From contig OY760505.1 of the NCBI GenBank assembly GCA_963663545.1, forward strand, positions 2,773,664 to 2,837,663: a stretch of DNA of 64,000 bases. Reading direction: 5' to 3'. Shown here in pieces: positions 48,711 through 62,700 of the stretch; positions within the stretch are counted from its first letter, which is position 1; the number at the start of each line of letters is the position of its first letter. The notes beneath the pieces are model-generated. The model searched no databases and had not been told where the DNA came from. It saw only the letters and a program-made list of their open reading frames with translations. The position numbers and the translations under genes were made by a program. Source of the stretch: Candidatus Delongbacteria bacterium. GTDB taxonomy: Bacteria > CAIWAD01.

Positions 48711-49664
48711 ATGAAAGTGCCCCTCCAGCTGCTTGCACTACTGCTTCTCATCGGCACTCTATCGGCTCGGGAACGCCATGGCGGCGATTTCATGCGCGTG
48801 GATGTTGGTGTGGCTGCGATCGGGCGTGGGCAAACCGGCCTTCTTGCTACGGATTCGGGTACAATGGCTTGGTGGAATCCCGCTCTGCTGGCGGCGGATC
48901 CCGAAGAGGCTCTGGCCTTTCAGCACAGCGAGCGCTTCGAAGGTTTGCTCAGCCAGGATTATCTGGCCTACAATGGTCGTTTCGGCAATCGACCCGTCGG
49001 CGTCTACGTGTTACGTCAGGCGGTCGAGGACATTCCCATCACCAGTCGGCTTGATGGCGCGCCCAGCCTGGAAGAAGGCGGCCTGCCGGTCATCAGCGAT
49101 ATGGCCACCGCCAGTGACTGGATTCTTGGCGCAGGTATCGGCAATCATATCAGCGAAAAGCTGGCTGTAGGGTTGACACTCAAGTTCATCCATCGCGATC
49201 TGGTGACCGTCAGCGGATGGGGCCTAGGGCTGGATGCGGGGCTGAGCTATCAGGCGTTTCAAACGCTGCGACTGGGCCTGGCCGCGCGCGATGTCGTTAC
49301 CAGTGTGATCCTGTGGGACGATGGCGAAAGCCAGATCGTGCTGCCCGAGCTGGCCGCTGGTTTTCTGTGGGAGCCGCAGTGGCAGTGGGCGGGAGCCCGT
49401 TTCACCTTGGCTGCGGATCTACGCAGCGAGCTGGAAGGCGAAAGCGCCAGTGCCGACGGCACATGGCGCCAGGTATGGCTGGAGAGCGGTCTGGCGGTTC
49501 ATGTGGGTCGCCTTCTGGAGCTGCGCGCGGGTTGGGCCGATGACAGGCCTGCGGCGGGAGCGGGTCTGGTTTTGGGGCGCTTCAGCGTTGATTATGCCTG
49601 GCGGCCCCACGAAGATCTGGGAGATAGCCATCTGGTATCTCTGGGCGTAAGAATCTTCCGCTGA
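48711..49664 (+). CDS. putative outer-membrane beta-barrel protein (hypothetical; possibly T9SS-associated)
   Basis: Signal peptide MKVPLQLLALLLLIGTLSA; alternating amphipathic pattern; C-terminus ...LGVRIFR; family uncertain. Confidence 0.35.
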   Translation: MKVPLQLLALLLLIGTLSARERHGGDFMRVDVGVAAIGRGQTGLLATDSGTMAWWNPALLAADPEEALAFQHSERFEGLLSQDYLAYNGRFGNRPVGVYVLRQAVEDIPITSRLDGAPSLEEGGLPVISDMATASDWILGAGIGNHISEKLAVGLTLKFIHRDLVTVSGWGLGLDAGLSYQAFQTLRLGLAARDVVTSVILWDDGESQIVLPELAAGFLWEPQWQWAGARFTLAADLRSELEGESASADGTWRQVWLESGLAVHVGRLLELRAGWADDRPAAGAGLVLGRFSVDYAWRPHEDLGDSHLVSLGVRIFR

Positions 49665-49684
49665 TCCTCTGCAAGGAGGGGCGC

Positions 49685-50683
49685 ATGCCCACCCGAATCG
49701 TAGGAATTCGCAACGCCATCCTGTTCAGTCTGTGCGTGCTGTTGGCTGGCACGCTGGGCTATATGTCCATTGAGGGCTGGAGTCTCTCCGACGCTCTTTA
49801 TATGACCGTGATCACGATTACGACGGTGGGCTTTGGCGAGGTGCGCGAGCTCAGTACTGGCGGCCACGCCTTGACCATTGTGCTGATTTTTCTGGGTGTG
49901 GGCAGCATCGGGTTTACGGGTACTGCGCTGACGGCCAAGTTGATTTCGGGCGAGATTCACCAACAGATGCGGGGGCAACGTATGGAACGCAGAATTGCCA
50001 GGCTGAAGGATCACACCATCCTCTGTGGCTTCGGCAAGATCGGTCGGGCCATTGCGCGCGAATTCCACGAGCGCGACGAACCGCTGTGCGTCATCGATAC
50101 CAATGAGCGGAAAATTGAAGATGCGCTGGACAATGGCCTGCTGGCGTTGGTGGGCGATGCTACCGATCCGGATTTGCTGGCGCGCTGCGGCATCAAACGT
50201 GCGCGCGGTCTGTTGACGGCACTGCCCAAGGATAGCGACAATCTCTTCGTCGTGTTGACAGCGCGCGACCTGGCCCCCGAGATCCAGATTGTAGCACGCG
50301 GCCTTGAGCCGGGAGCCGAAGGGCGTCTGCGGCGAGCGGGCGCGGATCACGTGGTCAGTCCGTATTCCATTGGCGGAAGGCGCATGGCCACGCTGCTGCT
50401 GCATCCCGAGGTTGTGGATTTTGTGGATGTCTTCACCGAGCGCGACCGCGACGGCTATAGCCTGAGCCAGCTGGAGGTCCGCGAGAATAGCGCTTTGGCG
50501 GGGCGGCGCCTGCAAGAGAGCCAGTTCCGGCAGAATAGTGGCGGGGCGATGATAGTGGGCATTCGACGCGGGAGCACGAAGATGGAAATACCCACTGCGG
50601 AAACTGTGATTCAGACTGGTGACCGGCTGGTAATTCTAAGCACAGACGACATGCTCGAGCAAATCAAGCATTCTGGCTTTTAA
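49685..50683 (+). CDS. potassium channel protein with RCK/TrkA domains
   Basis: Two TM helices flanking pore sequence TITTVGFGEV; TrkA-N Rossmann ILCGFGKIGRAIA; ATG after aaggaggg. Confidence 0.75.
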   Translation: MPTRIVGIRNAILFSLCVLLAGTLGYMSIEGWSLSDALYMTVITITTVGFGEVRELSTGGHALTIVLIFLGVGSIGFTGTALTAKLISGEIHQQMRGQRMERRIARLKDHTILCGFGKIGRAIAREFHERDEPLCVIDTNERKIEDALDNGLLALVGDATDPDLLARCGIKRARGLLTALPKDSDNLFVVLTARDLAPEIQIVARGLEPGAEGRLRRAGADHVVSPYSIGGRRMATLLLHPEVVDFVDVFTERDRDGYSLSQLEVRENSALAGRRLQESQFRQNSGGAMIVGIRRGSTKMEIPTAETVIQTGDRLVILSTDDMLEQIKHSGF

Positions 50684-50712
50684 TACTGACGTTGTGACAA
50701 AACTGCTAAGCT

Positions 50713-50757
50713 GGGTCTGACACCGCTCTGACCCCCACCTGACCCGTGTCAGACACC
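50713..50757. promoter_or_regulatory. inverted-repeat element GTCTGACAC ... GTGTCAGAC (candidate operator) upstream of gene 50934
   Basis: gggtctgacacc (50713-50724) and cgtgtcagacacc (50745-50757) are inverted copies with ~22-bp spacer; same 9-mers recur at 63256-63299. Confidence 0.4.
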
Positions 50758-50933
50758 CCGCGATTATCTCGCATACAGCACTCTACCCGATTCGCCGCAA
50801 AAGTCGATACGAAATTGCTTCGACGGCCCTGTTAAAATTCGAACAGAAGTTATAAGTTAGGCGCACAAAAGAACGCTATCCGGGCAAAACAAAAAGATGA
50901 TAGCGTTAAATAATAAGTCTTAACGGAGCGCCT

Positions 50934-52064
50934 ATGAGACATACACATTTTCTACTAACAGGACTGCTTCTTCTCGGGTGGCAATACGCACAGGCCGAGC
51001 AAGTGGTCGGTAATCCGGTTCTGGATGCCAATGTGACCATGCAAGTACAGCACTTCAATGGTGAGAGCTTCGAGGCGTTCAGTGGCTATGCTTCCGGTCC
51101 AACAAGCAAGTACTCACTACGACATGCCTCACTGGGAGTTAGCGGCTGCTTGGCCAACAGGGTTCATTACGAGTTCCGCGCCGGTTCGGCCACCTGCCTG
51201 GCGGGTGGCGCCTTTACTTTGATGGATGCCAGCGTGCTCTATGAGGTCGTGCCGGGAATACAGGTGGGATTCAAAAAGGGCGAGATTCTGCGCGGCTTTG
51301 AGTTCTACGATGAGTGCGTCGACGTGTTGACAGCGGAGAAACCGCGCTTTGCCAACGTCTTCGCTCCATGTCATCCGCAGGGAGCGGTGTTTGAGCTGCA
51401 GCGAGAGTTTTCCACGGGCTACGAGCTACTGATGCAGGCGGCCTATCTGGATGGAAGCGGCGAAGACCTGGATGAAGAGCATGAGCTGAATCTGGGCATT
51501 CAGCTTCGCACGCCTGTTTCCGGGATTACGGTAGGCGGCTTCTTCACGGCCATTCGTCGACGCTACGGCCCTGGGCTGGACAACGAAATGGTTCAGGATG
51601 CCGGGTTGCGCTGGGGCTTAGGTACCGATTGCCGTCCGGGTAATCTTGTGTTACGCGCAGAGTACTACGGATTGAAGGGGAATTACAACAACCCCTATTC
51701 GGGCACACTTTATCGCGAAGCAAACGATCCCGGTTCCTACATCGAATCCCCGGATCTCAAAATGCAGGCCTGGTACGCGGAGGTTGGCTATCGCGTTGCG
51801 ACGGGCATTTCTGCGCTGTCGTGTATCACACCCTATCTGCGATTTCAGTCCTGGGACAAAGGCACCAATGCTGCTGGCGATCACGAATTCAGCTATTACA
51901 CAGCCGGCCTTTTACTCTCGCTGGACTCCCGTGGTGACACATTGCTGCGCATCGATTACGAAGACAGCGTTTCCACGCCAGCAGGGCAGGCTGAGGATGC
52001 CTCGCTACTGATCGTTCGGCTCCAAGCCAGTGGAGCCTGGTTGCTTGCGCTTGCCGGAGAATAG
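50934..52064 (+). CDS. secreted hypothetical protein, porin-like
   Basis: Signal peptide MRHTHFLLTGLLLLGWQYAQA; Gly/aromatic-rich alternating pattern; no confident family. Confidence 0.35.
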   Translation: MRHTHFLLTGLLLLGWQYAQAEQVVGNPVLDANVTMQVQHFNGESFEAFSGYASGPTSKYSLRHASLGVSGCLANRVHYEFRAGSATCLAGGAFTLMDASVLYEVVPGIQVGFKKGEILRGFEFYDECVDVLTAEKPRFANVFAPCHPQGAVFELQREFSTGYELLMQAAYLDGSGEDLDEEHELNLGIQLRTPVSGITVGGFFTAIRRRYGPGLDNEMVQDAGLRWGLGTDCRPGNLVLRAEYYGLKGNYNNPYSGTLYREANDPGSYIESPDLKMQAWYAEVGYRVATGISALSCITPYLRFQSWDKGTNAAGDHEFSYYTAGLLLSLDSRGDTLLRIDYEDSVSTPAGQAEDASLLIVRLQASGAWLLALAGE

Positions 52065-52073
52065 GAGGATATC

Positions 52074-52925
52074 ATGTGGAAGAAGTTCACTCTTTCCCTG
52101 CTTGTAGTTGTATCACTTGGAATTCGAGCGGTCAGTGGTGATACAATTCAGCTTTCCCCAAGTGACGACATGTACACCGACCCGGATCACACCACGGCTC
52201 ACCCCGTTGCGGAATTGTGGACGGCAGACTGGTCACCGCTGAGCAACTTTCAGCGAATCTGCATGCGCTTCGATGTCTCCGGCTTCAACAGCGAGGAAAT
52301 CGAATCCGCTACACTTCATCTCTATCGTTTCTACGGATGTCCTTCCGGCGAACCCACAGTGACCGACGTGTACGCGGTAACCTCCGATTGGAGTGAGGAG
52401 AACTGGCCCGAGAACCAGCATCTACCTCACGGTGATACAAGCTGGGCCAGCTACGTTTTTAGCGCCAATGGTTGGGCGACCATTGATCTTACATCGTTGA
52501 CGCAAGCATGGTGTGATACAAACCTGGAGAATCTCGGTTTTGTAATCGTGGCTGATCAGAGCAAGTTTTCCAAAGTGTACTCGAAGGAAGCGGCGAATAG
52601 CAATCAGCGGCCCTATCTGGAACTGACCACTACGACAGGATTAGAACGCGCCGTATCACAGCCGGAAGCCCTGCGGCTCGTGGCTTATCCCAATCCTTTC
52701 AACGGCGCACTGAGCTGCCAACTCCAGCTGACGCAGGCGGCTCACACGCGAATGGATCTGATCAATGCAAGAGGACAGTCTGTGGCGAATGTCTTCTATG
52801 GTGCCTTGCCATCGGGGACCAGTTCGATTTCCTACAGAACAGAAGGCTTGCCCTCTGGCCTGTACTTCCTGCACGTGAAAGCAGGCGCGGTCAGCAATAC
52901 GCAACGAGTGCTGCTGGTGCAATAA
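52074..52925 (+). CDS. secreted protein with T9SS-type C-terminal sorting domain
   Basis: ATG after aggagga; signal peptide; C-terminus ...VAYPNPFNGALSCQLQL...GLYFLHVKAG...LLVQ. Confidence 0.65.
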   Translation: MWKKFTLSLLVVVSLGIRAVSGDTIQLSPSDDMYTDPDHTTAHPVAELWTADWSPLSNFQRICMRFDVSGFNSEEIESATLHLYRFYGCPSGEPTVTDVYAVTSDWSEENWPENQHLPHGDTSWASYVFSANGWATIDLTSLTQAWCDTNLENLGFVIVADQSKFSKVYSKEAANSNQRPYLELTTTTGLERAVSQPEALRLVAYPNPFNGALSCQLQLTQAAHTRMDLINARGQSVANVFYGALPSGTSSISYRTEGLPSGLYFLHVKAGAVSNTQRVLLVQ

Positions 52926-52930
52926 CTCGC

Positions 52931-53743
52931 TCAGGTGCCTGGGAATCGCCAGGCACCTCTTACATCGCGTAATACATCCAGCTTGCGTCGGAATTCATCA
53001 ACCGCATCCAGATCGAAGCTGAATTCTGCGCAGATCGCCTTTGTGGGAGCCAGCAGTGGATTCGGGTTTTCCGGTCCCCAGGCTACGCTGCCTCCGCAGA
53101 AATCCGTGTTGCCGCTTCGCCCACGCCGATTGCAGCTGATCACCAGCAGGCCATTCTCGATGGCGCGCGCCCGCAGCAGCTGACGGTACGCGTCGTGACG
53201 CTTCAGCGGAAACTGCGCCGGATGCAGGATCAGTGTAGCCCCCTGCATAGCCATCGTGCGCCACAGCTCGGGAAAACGCAGGTCGTAACACACCGCAATA
53301 CCCACACGCACAGACTTTCCGGCCAGTTGTGTATCACAAACAAAGGGCGTATCACCAGCGCGCACCCAGAGCTGCTCGTCCATTTGCGTGAAGAGGTGCA
53401 TCTTGTCGTAGACGCCAAGCATTCCTCCCGCTTGCAGCAGACAGGAACGGTTGGCCAGCCGCGGTTCATCGGCATCGGAGGCAACCCGTACCGGCAGACT
53501 GCCCGGGCAGAGCAGACAGTGTGGATGCGCGCGACTATAGTCCAGCAGCGGATCGAGAAAGGACTCCAGGTCCGCCACTTGTCCGGCGCGCAGACTTCGT
53601 CCGTCAAAACAAGCGTTCCACAGCTCCGGAAGTAGCACCAGATCAGGCTCGATCGAACGAGCATCCAGCAGTTCTCGTACACGGGATGGGGTGGGCGCTT
53701 CTTCGGGATCCAACTGAAGGACCAGTCCCTGCAGCATCGCCAT
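52931..53743 (-). CDS. carbon-nitrogen hydrolase family protein (nitrilase/amidase superfamily)
   Basis: 270-aa ORF; ...VRVGIAVCYDLRFPELWR... contains the catalytic Cys context typical of CN-hydrolases. Confidence 0.7.
   Translation of the reverse strand: MAMLQGLVLQLDPEEAPTPSRVRELLDARSIEPDLVLLPELWNACFDGRSLRAGQVADLESFLDPLLDYSRAHPHCLLCPGSLPVRVASDADEPRLANRSCLLQAGGMLGVYDKMHLFTQMDEQLWVRAGDTPFVCDTQLAGKSVRVGIAVCYDLRFPELWRTMAMQGATLILHPAQFPLKRHDAYRQLLRARAIENGLLVISCNRRGRSGNTDFCGGSVAWGPENPNPLLAPTKAICAEFSFDLDAVDEFRRKLDVLRDVRGAWRFPGT
52934..52959. other. perfect 10-bp stem hairpin at a convergent gene junction
   Basis: aggtgcctgg-gaatcg-ccaggcacct; 9 bp after the stop of gene 52074..52925 and overlapping the last codons of the minus-strand hydrolase gene; no T-run. 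Confidence 0.3.
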
Positions 53744-54133
53744 TGCTTCTCCTGTGTTGGTTTCGATACATCAATATAGGAGAGCATTCGCCATCGCGAC
53801 CAGATCAGGGTTTAGGGCTGGACCACCGCCCTCCATTGGGCCAATCATGTGTCACAGCAAAGCGTCGGAGTGTGGGACAGGCACCGATCGCCCTGCGATC
53901 GCTATACGGCATCCGGGAGTTCGTTGGATGACAATTCCAGCTTTGCAGCGGACTCTTTTCCCCCATACTCCGAGGCAGGGAAGGGAGTCTTTTCCTATAC
54001 TCATCGGTTATGCCTGAACCTTAACCTGGCTAGGTCGTGCTCCCGTCAGGCGGATACCGCTGCACGACCGATGAGTGAGAGTCTGCCCCGGCGTGGAGAT
54101 GAGTGCGCCAATAGGCCTTACAAGGAGGATTCC

Positions 54134-57703
<3,570 letters not shown>

Positions 57704-57725
57704 TTCCAACTGCCTTGTATCACAA

Positions 57726-57755
57726 GCCCCCGCCGTGTGCGGGGGCTTTCTTTTT
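57726..57755 (+). terminator. rho-independent terminator after PFOR gene
   Basis: Hairpin gcccccgc-cgtgt-gcgggggc followed by tttcttttt. Confidence 0.8.
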
Positions 57756-57807
57756 GAAACCCCACACGTGGTTCGCACTCTTGCCGTGATACAAACACGG
57801 AGGCATC

Positions 57808-58692
57808 ATGCAGGAACAGAGCAAGTGGAGAGTAGAGCTGGCCCGTGAGTTGGCAAAGGTCTACGCCGATAGGCCGGGTTTGCGGATGATGGTGCTGGGC
57901 GGATCTGCATCGCGTAACCGTGCCGATGAATTCTCCGACCTGGACATCGTCGTCTATTGGGATGAGCTAGATGAGGATTTCATTCGCAGCCTGCCCTTGA
58001 AAGCACGCGGCGCGGAGAAGGCGCTGGTCTTTCCCCATGGTCCCGGCGTGCTGATTGAGGAGTATTACTTCGATGGCCTCAAGGTAGATCTGGGACATCT
58101 GCGCATGGAAGCCTGGGAGCAGATGCTGCAGACGGTGCTTGTGGATCACAAACCGGACATGGATGTGATCGGATCAATCGATGGAATGTCTCACGCGATA
58201 CCCTTGCTGGAGGAGGAGGAAGTCCTGCGTCAGCAGGAGCGACTGCTGGAGTATCCGGAGGAGCTGGCGCTGAATGTGATACGCAGACATCGGCGCTTCT
58301 TTGTGGGCGGTTGCCTGGAAAACCAGGGCTGGGCGCGTAACGAATGGCTCTTTTACTGGGACGCTGTCACGGCGACACTGAAGAATCTGCTGGGCATGTT
58401 GAGCGGACTCAATCGCGTGTATTACAGCCCCGGCGAGCCGCGCTGGTATCGGCCCTTTCTGGAGGAGCTGAAAACGGCCCCGCCCGACATGGCCACTCGT
58501 GTGGATCACATTTTGACCACTCCCGGACCCGAAGCCTTGACTGAACTGCGGCTCCTGCTGCTGGATACCTTGGAGATTGTGCGTGCGCAGTATCCGGCAG
58601 AAGTCTCTGATCGCATGCTGCAGGCTATTGGCGGAAACAGCGTGAATGCGGTGTCACGTCGGCCGGATGTGCTTGCGAATGGCTGTGTGTAA
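57808..58692 (+). CDS. nucleotidyltransferase-domain protein (hypothetical)
   Basis: 294 aa; NTase signature MMVLGGSASRNRADEFSDLDIVVYW; ATG after acggagg. Confidence 0.5.
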   Translation: MQEQSKWRVELARELAKVYADRPGLRMMVLGGSASRNRADEFSDLDIVVYWDELDEDFIRSLPLKARGAEKALVFPHGPGVLIEEYYFDGLKVDLGHLRMEAWEQMLQTVLVDHKPDMDVIGSIDGMSHAIPLLEEEEVLRQQERLLEYPEELALNVIRRHRRFFVGGCLENQGWARNEWLFYWDAVTATLKNLLGMLSGLNRVYYSPGEPRWYRPFLEELKTAPPDMATRVDHILTTPGPEALTELRLLLLDTLEIVRAQYPAEVSDRMLQAIGGNSVNAVSRRPDVLANGCV

Positions 58693-58815
58693 CACAAGGA
58701 GCCGCTTCGACGATCACGAGCGCTGAATACTCCCAACGTCTGTCGCGCGGTGTCCTTTGGTTCTGTCGTCTCAGTCTGGACGAATTGTATCTTGTGGCAC
58801 CAACAAGGAGGACCC

Positions 58816-59067
58816 ATGGCCACACTATACGTCTATTCCACCCCGTGGTGCAGCGATTGCCGTAACCTGAAACGCTTTCTCGAGGCTGAGGGCGTCGCCT
58901 TTACGGAAATCAACATCGACGAGAACGAGGCGGCCGCCAGTGAGTTGGTGGAGAAGACTGGCAAGCGCGGGATTCCTTATCTGAAGTACGAAGATCGCTG
59001 GATCAAGGGATATCCGCTGGTGCCGGGTGCTTATCGCACCTTGCTCCGCGAACTGGGGCTTCTGTGA
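58816..59067 (+). CDS. glutaredoxin-like / NrdH-like redoxin
   Basis: 83 aa from ATG 58816 (aaggagga RBS); N-terminus TLYVYSTPWCSDC with CxxC motif. Confidence 0.6.
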   Translation: MATLYVYSTPWCSDCRNLKRFLEAEGVAFTEINIDENEAAASELVEKTGKRGIPYLKYEDRWIKGYPLVPGAYRTLLRELGLL

Positions 59068-59711
59068 GCAAGGGTACGCTAACTGCCGCCAAGCTGGCAG
59101 AGGGCGCGCGTGTACTGAGTGCGAGTGATCCTTTGCTGGGAGAATGGATCACGCGCATCGGGAGCATCAAGTTGAACAAGCCTTCTGGTGCCTATTCCGT
59201 GCTGGCACAATCGATCATTGCACAACAGCTTTCCGACAAGGCCGCCGGGACAATTGCCGGTCGTGTGATACAGTTGCTGGGCGATTTGCAAGATCCAGGA
59301 AACATGTGTCGTCAGTGTGATACGGAGGAGGGGCGCGAGGCGCTGCGCGCCTGTGGTGTGTCACGTCCAAAGATCGGCTATCTGGCAGGTTTGGCAGACG
59401 CCTTCGGCAGTGGAGTGCTGAGCGACGCTGTTCTAGCTCGCATGGCCGATGCGGAAGTAATCGAGCACCTGGTGCAGCTGAAAGGGCTAGGTCGCTGGAG
59501 TGCGGAGATGTTCCTCATCTTCGGCCTGCGTCGTCCCGATGTCTTCAGTCCCGGCGATCTGGCACTGCGCCGCGGCATAATGCGGTTGTGTGATACACAG
59601 GAGATGACTCCGACCCAGTGTGACGAGTACGCAAAGCGCTGGACGCCATGGAGGACGGTGGCGAGCCTGTATCTGTGGCGGATTGCGCACGTGGCGCCCA
59701 ACCTTAGTTGA
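59064..59711 (+). CDS. HhH-GPD superfamily DNA glycosylase (DNA-3-methyladenine glycosylase II-like)
   Basis: 215 aa; helix-hairpin-helix block LVQLKGLGRWSAEMFLIFGLRRPDVFSPGDLALRRG; GTGA overlap with upstream stop. Confidence 0.7.
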   Translation: MSKGTLTAAKLAEGARVLSASDPLLGEWITRIGSIKLNKPSGAYSVLAQSIIAQQLSDKAAGTIAGRVIQLLGDLQDPGNMCRQCDTEEGREALRACGVSRPKIGYLAGLADAFGSGVLSDAVLARMADAEVIEHLVQLKGLGRWSAEMFLIFGLRRPDVFSPGDLALRRGIMRLCDTQEMTPTQCDEYAKRWTPWRTVASLYLWRIAHVAPNLS

Positions 59712-59795
59712 GCATAAAGAGAACCCCGATCCGACAAGTCGAACCGGGGTTAATGCACAAGCGTGCTACAGACTCTTGCTAGCCGCGAACAAGAG

Positions 59796-62700
59796 TCATT
59801 TCAGCAGCACCATCCTTCTGGTCTGACGCTGCCCGGCACTCTCCAGTGAGTAGAGATAGATGCCGCTGGCGAGCTTGCTGCCGTCAAAGGGCAGGCTGTG
59901 GCTGCCGCTTGCGCGCTCCTCGTCCAGCAATACTTCGACAAGTTGCCCCGTCAGATTGTAGACTTCCAGGCGCACGCGCTCTGGCTGCAGCAGCTGGAAT
60001 TCGATTTGTGTCACAGGATTGAATGGATTGGGGAAGTTCTGCGCCAGCTTGAAGACCTGTGGCTGCCCAGTCTCCGGATCCAGACTGGTGGTGGAAAAAT
60101 CGATGTTGCAAGTATAGACGTCTTTGTGTTCTTCCTTGCCCGAGGCGCGCATGTCGATCCAACTCACGTAAGCACCGTCTGCCTGATTGTAGCTGACATA
60201 GGGAGCGCGCTGACTGAAATCGATTTCGGCAATCGCATCCGCTTGCCAGGGGTGAACAGGGTTCTCTTGCGGCGTGCCACCTGTCGGTGATACATGGTAC
60301 TCCCTTGCCCACAAATCGCGATACCCATACTGGCTGTCAAGCTCTTCCATTTCTGCCACGATTAGCAGACCATTCCAGTTGCCGCGAGGGATCACAGTCG
60401 CGGAAACTCCCTGTTGATTGCCAGCGCCAACAAAGACATCGCCGTTTTGGTCTTCCCATTCCAGCGTGCCATCCGCCAGTAAGTGGCGCATGCCTATATC
60501 ATAGTCCCCATTGGGAGAAATACTGGTGAACACCACGAAAGCGCCATCGTGACGATCCGCGAGGAGCGCAGCTGGTCGATAGCTGTTCCCTTCTGTTACT
60601 ACGCTGGTTGTCCAGAGCGTTTCTCCATCAGCATCAACGGCCATGGCAATCAGATCTGCCTCACTGCCAGTTCCAGGGTAGTCACTCCAGAGGACAATGA
60701 AGCCACCGGCGGAATGTGATACAACCTGGGCATCAGTTTGTCTATCTTCAGCGTTTATCAGAATCCGACCCCCATCTTCCAGCAGACTCGCACCATTCCG
60801 GTCCACATGCTGCATCCGCAGGGAGTACGCAGTCCAGATTCCGCCTCGCCAAATCACCCAGGCGCCGCCCGCTCCATCGGCGATCAATGCCTCCAATCTC
60901 TCCACTTCTTCGTCAGTCGATGTGATACGAATCCCGTTTTGGTCCCAGCAACGATTCCCGTTGAGGTCGAAACACTGCATGTTGACATCGGGATAGAAGA
61001 GGCTGAACTCCGTATCCACGCCTGACCAGGCGACTATCAGCCGATCGCCACTGCGTATCACTTTGGCGTTTGTCTGGTAGGCCAGACCGGACTCCTCATC
61101 AAAATCCTGTGTCACGGGTTGGGCTGCATCCCAGAGCCGGTTGCCTTGCCCATCAATGTGGGTCAGGTAGCTTCGCTGAGCGCAGTAGTTGCCCACTTCC
61201 AGCAGCACATAGGCACCGCCGTTATCATCGGCGAGGAGGTCGTACGCGTACTGACCTCCATCCAGTGTAGGCTCCAGTGGCACACCATTCGGCTCCAGCA
61301 GGCATTCGCCCTCGGCCTGAGTCAAGTGCTGCATGAACACGTGCGGGCCATTCCCGAGGGCGGGGTCTGTCCAGAAGACAAGACAGCCCTCGTCTATCGC
61401 CAAGTTCTTCACCTCGTTGGCGTTTCCCCCGATTCCCTTGACAGTAGTATCACCTGTGTTGCCAAAGCTCAACTCCCCTGAAGCGTTGAGGTGCTGAGTG
61501 CGTATCTCTGCAGCATAGCCAGGGATTGCTTCCAGCCAGGAGACGAATACACCCCCTTCTTGATCCAGCCGCAGCGTGGGGTAAACCGACTGCGCCTCCG
61601 CGGGGGCAAGTGATACAACTGGTATGCCATCCGTTGGCCAAAGTGTTTGACCGTTCTCATCCAGGCTTTGGGCGTAGATGGAAACTGCATTCGATGCGCG
61701 AAAGTCCTGCCAGGTCAGAAAGGCAATACCAGCGTCGTTCACAACCGCTCTTGCCTCAACTTGAAAGTCCTCGGCCTGTGTCACCGGCACGCCGCCACTT
61801 TCCCAGACGCTCGCGTTGTCAACACTCAGTTTCTGGCAGTATAGATCACTCTCGACGTTGTTCGGATCATTGCGGGCATCTTCCCAGGTCAGCAGTGCGC
61901 TGCCAGCACCCGCTGTCGTCAGTTGCGGATTCTGCTCCGTGATGTTCTGGCCGTTGGAGACCGGCGTACCGTTCTCGGCAAAGGAGGCGTTCAGTTCTGA
62001 ATCGAAATGCTGCACAAGAATATCGCCGGCGTTATCATCTGCGTACTCACGGAAGGCGACGAAGCATCCGTCAATGCCATCCCAACACGCGCGCACTGAG
62101 GATTGGAAACCCACCCGGTTTGTAACACACTGGCCATCGCTTCCACTCGCCAGACTTCCATCCGCATACACATGCTCGATGTAGATGTTCTGGTCCGCCT
62201 GAACCCGACGGTCGGTCCAGGCCAGGAACACCCCGCCATCGCCATCCTGATCCATGCTGATGCTTTGCTGATTCCCCTGCAGGGTGCAGATGGCAAGGCC
62301 GTTATCGCCAAACAGGGGATCTACATGGCCATCGGCGTCCACGTGGCTGATGAAGACATCAAGACTGGAGTTGCGGTAATCAGACCAGGCGATCCATGCG
62401 CCACCGTTCTGGTCAGGACAAACCTGATGATCAATGCCCACATAATACTCCGGATCGAAGGAGTAGCCCACGCACTCCGTGCACAACACAACGGGATGCT
62501 GCCAGGCCAGAGCGCCGCCGCCCTCTCCGTCGATGATGTAGTTGATGTAAAGGTCGCCAGCAGGATCCTGCCCGTAGTCGACATAGCTGATGAAGGCACC
62601 GCCGTTTCCATCGCTGCAGAGGGCGGGATCTTCCTGGCGTTTGTCCGCGCCGCTCACCAGCAGACCATCGATGGGATTCGAACCACTGGCATCACTCCAC

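Noticed and set aside
53882-53899. HIP1-like GCGATCGC palindromes
   Set aside because: Only one or two copies seen (cgatcgccctgcgatcgc); not a dispersed family in this window, unlike GTGATACR.
59712-59795. Stem-loops (gactcttg-N11-caagagtc and aaccccg-N15-cggggtt) between convergent AlkA-like and T9SS genes as intrinsic terminators
   Set aside because: Stable hairpins but no adjacent T-run on either strand; could be Rho-dependent or structural, not confidently a terminator.
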